Assembly: GCA_002794465.1 (NCBI GenBank)
Contig: MTSL01000050.1
Location: 3,164 to 35,163 of the forward strand
Direction: 5' to 3'
Length of the DNA stretch: 32,000 bases
DNA from: Paramicrosporidium saccamoebae KSL3
Taxonomy: Eukaryota; Fungi; Cryptomycota
The notes under the pieces are model-generated. The model saw only the letters and a list, made by a program, of their open reading frames with translations. It was not told the DNA's origin and ran no database searches. Of this stretch, positions 26,307 through 32,000 are shown piece by piece. The stretch's first letter is position 1, and each line of letters opens with the position of its first letter. The position numbers and the translations under genes were made by a program.

Positions 26307-28030
26307 ATGACAGAACACGCCGACGTTACTGCAGAGCTTTTGGGTCTTGTCACTGGTCGTCGTCGACAGGCCAGTGGCAAATCTCGTGTGAGTGAGCTCT
26401 TGTAGGATAGTTAGCTGTGTATCTTATGGTGTAGTTCGTCGTCCAGCGAAAGCGAAGAAGACTCGAACGTTGTGCACGTCGAGGACAGGTCGCGTAGCAC
26501 GCCTCATGACAAACGACAAGAGAGTGATTCAGACGTTTTCTCGGATGGCTTCGGCCCAGACCTTATGGGTGACGACGAGGACCAAAGAAAGTAGCAGAGC
26601 AGTGGCAATATTTCTCACTATTTAGACTGGCTGCAATGGCCGAAGTGGAAAGAGAGGCAGTGTTGTATGAGCGTGCTCAAGCGCGTCTTGCCAAGGTCGA
26701 GCGTCGAGAGTTAGAAAAAAAGATGAGACAGCTTGAAAGTGGAGTAAATAGACCCGCACGTGGACCCTCTGCTACAATGGAAAAGAAGAGAAAAACCTTG
26801 GACGAGCTGCGTGCTCGTCGGGAAAAACGAAAGAGACGCGGAAGTGACTCGGATTATTATGACTCTGAGGAGGAAGGCGAATTAAAGGACAAAAGACGTC
26901 AAGCCGTGTCTGCCTCGGAGGACGAAGATAATTATCACAGCTCTCGTCAACGAAGTCCGTCTAAGAAGCCCTCTACTGAGCTTGTCGATCTTGACACTGC
27001 CAATGGGCTGCTATTAAGACGCAATACTATCAGCAAGTGGATTTTCCATCCCCAGTTTGATGATCTATGCCGAGGATGTCTGCTTCGGTTATCCATTGGT
27101 TTCAAAGGCGAGGAGCAGATATATAGACTCGTGGAAATTCGGAAAATCGTAAAATATCACAGAAACTACAAGATTAACGACGTTGTGACCAACAAGGCAG
27201 CAGTTGTCAAGTACGGGAGGAGCGAAAAGACGTTTCGGATGGATGTAGTGTCCAACTCTGACTTTATCCAGTACGAATTTGATCGCTGGGTCGAAACTAT
27301 GAAAGAAGAGCATCAACCCATCATCACAAGGAAGACTGCAGTGTCGCGCATCGCCCATTGGAAAGATCTCGAGTCCAAGCCGGTTTCCGACGAGATTGTG
27401 TCGGCAATGGTCGCTTCAAAGCGAGAACTCGGATCAGCTCCTCGTAACTTAATTTCAGAAAGAACAATGCTCAGACACCTTCGCGAAGAGGCCCTTAACA
27501 GCGGAAATTCAGCCGAGGTGGAGCGGATTGACGACGAGCTTGTCCAGTTGGATAAAGAGTTTGCCTCTCAATCAGCGCGCTCTGCCGCAGATACTCGCCT
27601 CGATGCGCTGGCCGAGCTGAACAAACGAAATCGGCGGCTTAATGTTGCCAATGCACGCGAGGCTGAGCGCAAAAACTACAAGAGATCTGAAGCTGATAGC
27701 CGACATGATCCTTTTAGCAGACGCAAATGCCAACCGACTAATTTTAATGTCCTTTTTGATAATGCGGAATCTGCCAAAGAACAATCGGGAGAAGAGTTGG
27801 ATAATGAAAGTCAAGTGTCCCTGCTGGAAAATCAAATGTCGATTCTGGAAGATAGGATCGTGTCGCCGTTACCGGAGATTCAGTCACCATTACCCGAGAT
27901 TCAGTCGCCATCGTTGTCGAATTCGTCGGCGATACCAACTAAAGAAGATGTGGCGTCAGAGGAGAAAATTCCTGCGGGGCCGATTGATCTATTTGCAGCT
28001 CACAATGTTGACATAGAAATCGACATTTAG
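26307..28030 (+). CDS. RTF1: Paf1 complex subunit Rtf1, Plus-3 domain (about 551 aa, 3 exons)
   Basis: Introns 26402-26434 and 26591-26625. The product has FSDGFGPDLMGDDEDQRKLAAMAEVEREAVLYER, a Plus-3 region (LLLRRNTISKWIFHPQFDDLCRGCLLRLSIG...YRLVEI...SNSDF...EFDRW) and the C-terminal DPFSRRKCQP. The start exon is less certain. Confidence 0.9.
27863..27910 (+). repeat. 21-bp coding tandem repeat (SPLPEIQ x2 plus SP)
   Basis: TCGCCGTTACCGGAGATTCAG followed by TCACCATTACCCGAGATTCAG and then TCGCCA. Confidence 0.9.
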
Positions 28031-28239
28031 TCAATAGTTATTATCTTTTTTGACCATTTCGTGTCGCATCCGGCTCACCACCTGATGGAAACGGGTAAAT
28101 GTATATCGACACAATAGACGCAATAAACCATTATACTGTATCAAACCATTTCAACTGAGACTGCAGGCCTTTGGCTTGTCGAAGCCCGGGCGGCTGCCAA
28201 GTTCCCCAACCCCTGGTCGGCTCGCCCTCGTAAACTTCC

Positions 28240-28878
28240 ATGGTTCAAGGTACCCTTCACCCCTTTATCCATCCATCTAATACATGTATAGTCGACGTTC
28301 AGCCGGAAGAATCTGCTGTCAAGCTCTTCGGCAAGTGGTCCTACGAGACCGTCAAGTGCCAAGATATCTCCCTCAAGGATTATATTGAGCTCGGCCGTAA
28401 GGTGTACATTCCCCACACCGCTGGACGTTATGCCGCCAAGCGTTTCCGCAAGGCAAAGTGCCCCATTGTTGAGCGCATGACCAACTCTCTCATGATGCAC
28501 GGCCGTAACAACGGAAAGAAGCTTCTGGCCACCCGCATCATGAAGCAGGCCATGGAAATCATCAACCTGCTTACCGATGCGAACCCCATTCAGGTTGTCG
28601 TTGACGCCATTGTCAACACTGGCCCTCGTGAGGATTCCACCCGTATTGGAAGTGCTGGTGCTGCCCGTCGTCAGGCGGTGGATGTGTCCCCCCTTCGCCG
28701 TGTGAATCTTTCCATTGCCCTGCTCACCACTGGTGCTCGCGAATCCGCCTTCCGCAACACCAAGAGTATTGCCGAGTGCTTGGCCGATGAGGTCATCAAT
28801 GCTGCCAAAGGTTCTTCCAACAGCTATGCTATCCGCAAGAAGGACGAGTTGGAGCGTGTTGCCAAGTCTAACCGTTAA
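28240..28878 (+). CDS. RPS5: 40S ribosomal protein S5/uS7 (198 aa spliced, 2 exons)
   Basis: A 42-nt intron at 28250-28291 (GTACCC...CTAAT...TAG). The product has [39 protein letters not shown] and [13 protein letters not shown]. Codon bias is strongly toward C-ending codons. Confidence 0.98.
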   Translation: MVQGTLHPFIHPSNTCIVDVQPEESAVKLFGKWSYETVKCQDISLKDYIELGRKVYIPHTAGRYAAKRFRKAKCPIVERMTNSLMMHGRNNGKKLLATRIMKQAMEIINLLTDANPIQVVVDAIVNTGPREDSTRIGSAGAARRQAVDVSPLRRVNLSIALLTTGARESAFRNTKSIAECLADEVINAAKGSSNSYAIRKKDELERVAKSNR

Positions 28879-29215
28879 TACGCCTGCGCCGCTCCTAAAT
28901 AGCTCTAAGAATACATTCATGTTACAGTATTACGGCGTATTGATAGTGGTGTTAGATTAGAGTGCAGTAGAGTGGGGTGGTTGTGTGATAAAGCCAGCTG
29001 GAAACGACCACCACTGGTACCTTCAATATGAAAAGTTTCATGGTCTGCAGGGATCGACATGCGCGCACTTTGGTTGTGTTATATTATTCCAAAGACTATT
29101 AATACACAGATTGACAGTCGACAAGTTTATTCTCACCCAAAACAAATATGGGTGATTTTCGGTGCTAATTTCGGCTACGGAACAAGGCGTATAGCCCCTT
29201 GCAAGACGTGCAGTA

Positions 29216-29460
29216 ATGGTAAAGGCTACGAAGGGCCTTTTAGTAAACTGGTATTACTTCATCTATTTTCGATTCACTGCTATAGTGACGCGTCGGTTCG
29301 AGAGATATTGTTGAAATTGGACCAAAGCATGCACTTTATTATAGAAGACCTGGACTCGAATCACCTGTTTATTGAAGCCTCCCAGCTAGACAAGGTAAAG
29401 GCTGAATTAGAGAGGAAGCTAGCTGAAAACGTCTATCTTCCACCAGACACGGTAAAATAG
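29216..29460 (+). CDS. TFB5: TFIIH subunit Tfb5/p8 (69 aa, 2 exons)
   Basis: Intron 29251-29285. Spliced product: MVKATKGLLVNCDASVREILLKLDQSMHFIIEDLDSNHLFIEASQLDKVKAELERKLAENVY. Confidence 0.93.
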
Positions 29461-29518
29461 ACGTAATAGACATCTTGTACAGTTGCTATAACACATTTCC
29501 CATCCCAGGGCTATACTA

Positions 29519-29954
29519 ATGGGGCACGGACGTAAGCTCCAACGCGGATACGTCGAAGATGCAACACCCGAGCTAACAGCCGACCAGTGCATCGGCAAAG
29601 TCACCGAGCTACGCGGCAAAGGTATCGTCGCAGTCTTGATACCCAGCACTACGGCGTTACAGCCCTCCTTGGCCTACCTACCACCTCGCTTTCGCGGCGT
29701 TCTTTTTTTACGGCGTGGTAGTGGCGGTCTATGCTGCTTATCCTTTAGGCTCATATCTGGTTTTATCACCCATCGAGACTGCAGATTCCGAGCAAAAAGT
29801 ACAATGGACCATAGAGACGCTGCTACGACCAGACGACGTCAAGCAGTTAAGAAAGGACGGCGAGTGGCCGGTTATTTTTGATCCGCCTGTAGATAGTGCT
29901 GTGGCAGAGGATGACGAGAGTAGTGACTCTTGCGAGTCTGATGTAGACAATTAA
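29519..29954 (+). CDS. eIF1AD-like S1/OB-fold RNA-binding protein (134 aa, 2 exons)
   Basis: Intron 29718-29748 joins LPPRFRGVLFLRRG to SYLVL...KQLRKDGEWP plus an acidic tail. This is the pattern of the eIF1AD family. Confidence 0.82.
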
Positions 29955-29979
29955 TAGAAACCCATTTAATTAACCCACG

Positions 29980-32000
29980 ATGAGCATACACAGTCGTGAA
30001 TCAGCGAGCAAATCTCTCCTTGACAATGGCAATGACTCGGAAGATTGTCCTGATAACGACTTTAATTTATTTGACGCACATGAGGAAGGGAAACTGTTGC
30101 ATCAACCACATGCCACGCGTCCCGCTGGTTTCTTACTGGAACAGAGTGAGGAATATCCGATATGTGAATCGGCACCACCAGTTCCACGACGACCCCTAAC
30201 ATCTCTGGAGAGGAGGCCCTCATGGATCACTCAACATGATGTGCTTCCGATGGCAGAGATGGAGAGGCGGAATGTCGTGGAGAGGCAGAGGCTTCGGGAT
30301 GAAGTTGGGATCGATGCTACAAGCACATCCGAGTCTGTCCGACCCTTCCATCCATGGTCTTTTATCTCGCGCCTAGTCACCTTTCCTATTCCCGATATTG
30401 TCCTCACGACCCCATTCTTTGGAAATCTTGATCAGCCCTCAGATCGACAGGTCTGGCGAGAAAAGACTGCCTTTGTTCTCACTCTATTCTCATTGTGCCT
30501 CTGTGTTGTCCTAGGCGGGTACTATATTGGCTTTGTTGCGTGTGTGCCTCCACTGCGAATATCATACGCCCATTCCTCTTTACGGCACGCAATTCTAGTT
30601 AATGGCCGAGCATATAGAGGTACCGCAAACAAGGCCGACTTTGATCTCATTGGCGAGATTGCAAATTCTGAATTTCCTTCTGATATAAGCCGCTGTCCGC
30701 GTGGAGTCCCCAAGACTGCATATTGTGGCGGAAGATTTAATCGGCAATGTCGTAACCTGAAATTCTTGCACAACTACTATATTGGGACGGTGGCATTTCC
30801 TTGGGAAGCTGTCTCCAACAGTTCAAGCCTTATTGTGTATGGAGGAGCCATACTCGATATGGAATCTTACCTGCACCGCGATAAAGGGTTCATGGGAGAT
30901 GATGTCAATTCTTTTATTAGGTCTCATATCGGGAGGGATGTTTCTCGTTCTGTACAGATAAATGAACACATGGCGAGGAACATTGATTGCTTGACGGCAC
31001 TGTACCAAGTTGGCGTCGTGGACATGGTATCACTACCGTGCGCACTCTCTTATATTATTCTGAGCGGATTGCTGATGATTGCAGGATCCCTCACTGCATT
31101 CAAATTCTTTGCCGCTTTCCACTACTACATCACATTTCCTGCCCCAAGTTTGCTGAAGAACGAAAGATATATGCTTGTCCATCTCTCTTGTCAAGCAGCA
31201 AGTTCCGCACAGATTAGGAATAGTCTAGACTCGCTGACCCAGACGGACTATCCAGATTCAAAAATGGTAGCAGTCATTGTGGTCGGTGGAGAGAACCACA
31301 GTCTTGTATCACAATTTCAGAATTGGCTAGGCGTGTGTGATCTTCAAAGAAATCTTGCCGAAACAGATCTATATGCCTCTATGAGGGGGAATTGTCAAAA
31401 AACTGTCGTGTACCATGGCCGCTATAAGACTCGGGGACACTTTCTATCATCAATATTGATTGTAACAAGAGGTGGTTTCAAAGACGAATCCCTCAATCTT
31501 GGTTCATTAGACATGCTTCTCGGCATGCTTTCATCCTTAAGCCTTGGTGAAAAAATTTGCGACTTTGAATATTCAATATGTCGAGCCTTCAAGCAGCTCA
31601 CTGGCCAATCTATCGAATGCTGTGAGTATCTTTTGACTCTGGATGCCAGAGCTCAAGTCACTGTCGATAGTTTGCGCAATCTTGCAAATGCTCTCAATTC
31701 TCGTCCCGAGATTATGGCTGCTTGTGGAGGGGCCACATTGGTCAATTCCAGCTCTTCCCTTGTTGGTAGGTTCCAGAACTACGAGTATTTCAGGAAGCAG
31801 AGTTACACATTTATGTACGAATCTGCCTTTGGACGGTCGATAAACCTGTCTTTAAATTTTGCACTTTACAAACTACGCAAAGAAGAGGAGCTAATCCTCA
31901 TTCATCCTGCTGTTATCGGATCTCGTAATGAAGGCTTGGCTGATCCGATAACGGCGCTTTTACAACAATTTCCCACAATGAAGACCATCCATGTTCCCGG
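29980..32000 (+). CDS. Class IV (Chs3-like) chitin synthase homologue with degenerate catalytic motifs, 3'-partial
   Basis: Hand translation gives 673 stop-free codons from ATG 29980 to the edge (absent from the ORF track). Class IV landmarks: WSFISRLVTFPIPD, VWREK plus TM, LIVYGGAILD, IRSHIGRD, CLTALYQVGVVD, LDSLTQTDYPDS, EIMAACG, FQNYEY, YESAFG and FPTMKTIHVP. Confidence 0.88.
   Translation, partial: MSIHSRESASKSLLDNGNDSEDCPDNDFNLFDAHEEGKLLHQPHATRPAGFLLEQSEEYPICESAPPVPRRPLTSLERRPSWITQHDVLPMAEMERRNVVERQRLRDEVGIDATSTSESVRPFHPWSFISRLVTFPIPDIVLTTPFFGNLDQPSDRQVWREKTAFVLTLFSLCLCVVLGGYYIGFVACVPPLRISYAHSSLRHAILVNGRAYRGTANKADFDLIGEIANSEFPSDISRCPRGVPKTAYCGGRFNRQCRNLKFLHNYYIGTVAFPWEAVSNSSSLIVYGGAILDMESYLHRDKGFMGDDVNSFIRSHIGRDVSRSVQINEHMARNIDCLTALYQVGVVDMVSLPCALSYIILSGLLMIAGSLTAFKFFAAFHYYITFPAPSLLKNERYMLVHLSCQAASSAQIRNSLDSLTQTDYPDSKMVAVIVVGGENHSLVSQFQNWLGVCDLQRNLAETDLYASMRGNCQKTVVYHGRYKTRGHFLSSILIVTRGGFKDESLNLGSLDMLLGMLSSLSLGEKICDFEYSICRAFKQLTGQSIECCEYLLTLDARAQVTVDSLRNLANALNSRPEIMAACGGATLVNSSSSLVGRFQNYEYFRKQSYTFMYESAFGRSINLSLNFALYKLRKEEELILIHPAVIGSRNEGLADPITALLQQFPTMKTIHVP

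Noticed and set aside
28141-28920. 259-aa antisense ORF over RPS5
   Set aside because: It is the in-register shadow of a highly codon-biased gene that avoids TTA, CTA and TCA. It has no independent protein features.

Overview
Compact eukaryotic (fungal-like) genomic DNA, not prokaryotic. It holds 19 protein-coding genes with very short spacers. Hand assembly gives 34 GT-AG introns of 27-42 nt, and each spliced model restores one open frame. Genes in order: an orphan coiled-coil ORF of over 1170 codons (runs off the left edge), RPB9, PRP2/DHX16, CDC48, a TMEM62-like metallophosphoesterase, CHS7, an SLC25 carrier, succinyl-CoA ligase beta, CCT6, a homeobox gene, a Nup192/Nup205-like half-protein, RPB8, HDA1, G-protein gamma, RTF1, RPS5, TFB5, an eIF1AD-like gene and a class IV chitin synthase homologue (runs off the right edge). 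Compaction and tiny introns, with TCA-cycle, G-protein and chitin genes retained, suggest an early-diverging fungus such as a Rozellomycota/Paramicrosporidium-like organism. That placement is inference only. Best leads: (1) a chitin synthase homologue with an intact frame but degenerate catalytic motifs; (2) a ~200-bp intergenic repeat family in three copies; (3) introns whose 5' site is essentially GTA, mostly lacking G+5, with a narrow length range; (4) Nup192 lacking its N-terminal half; (5) an apparent compensated -1/+1 frameshift in the carrier gene. No rRNA, tRNA or CRISPR array was seen.
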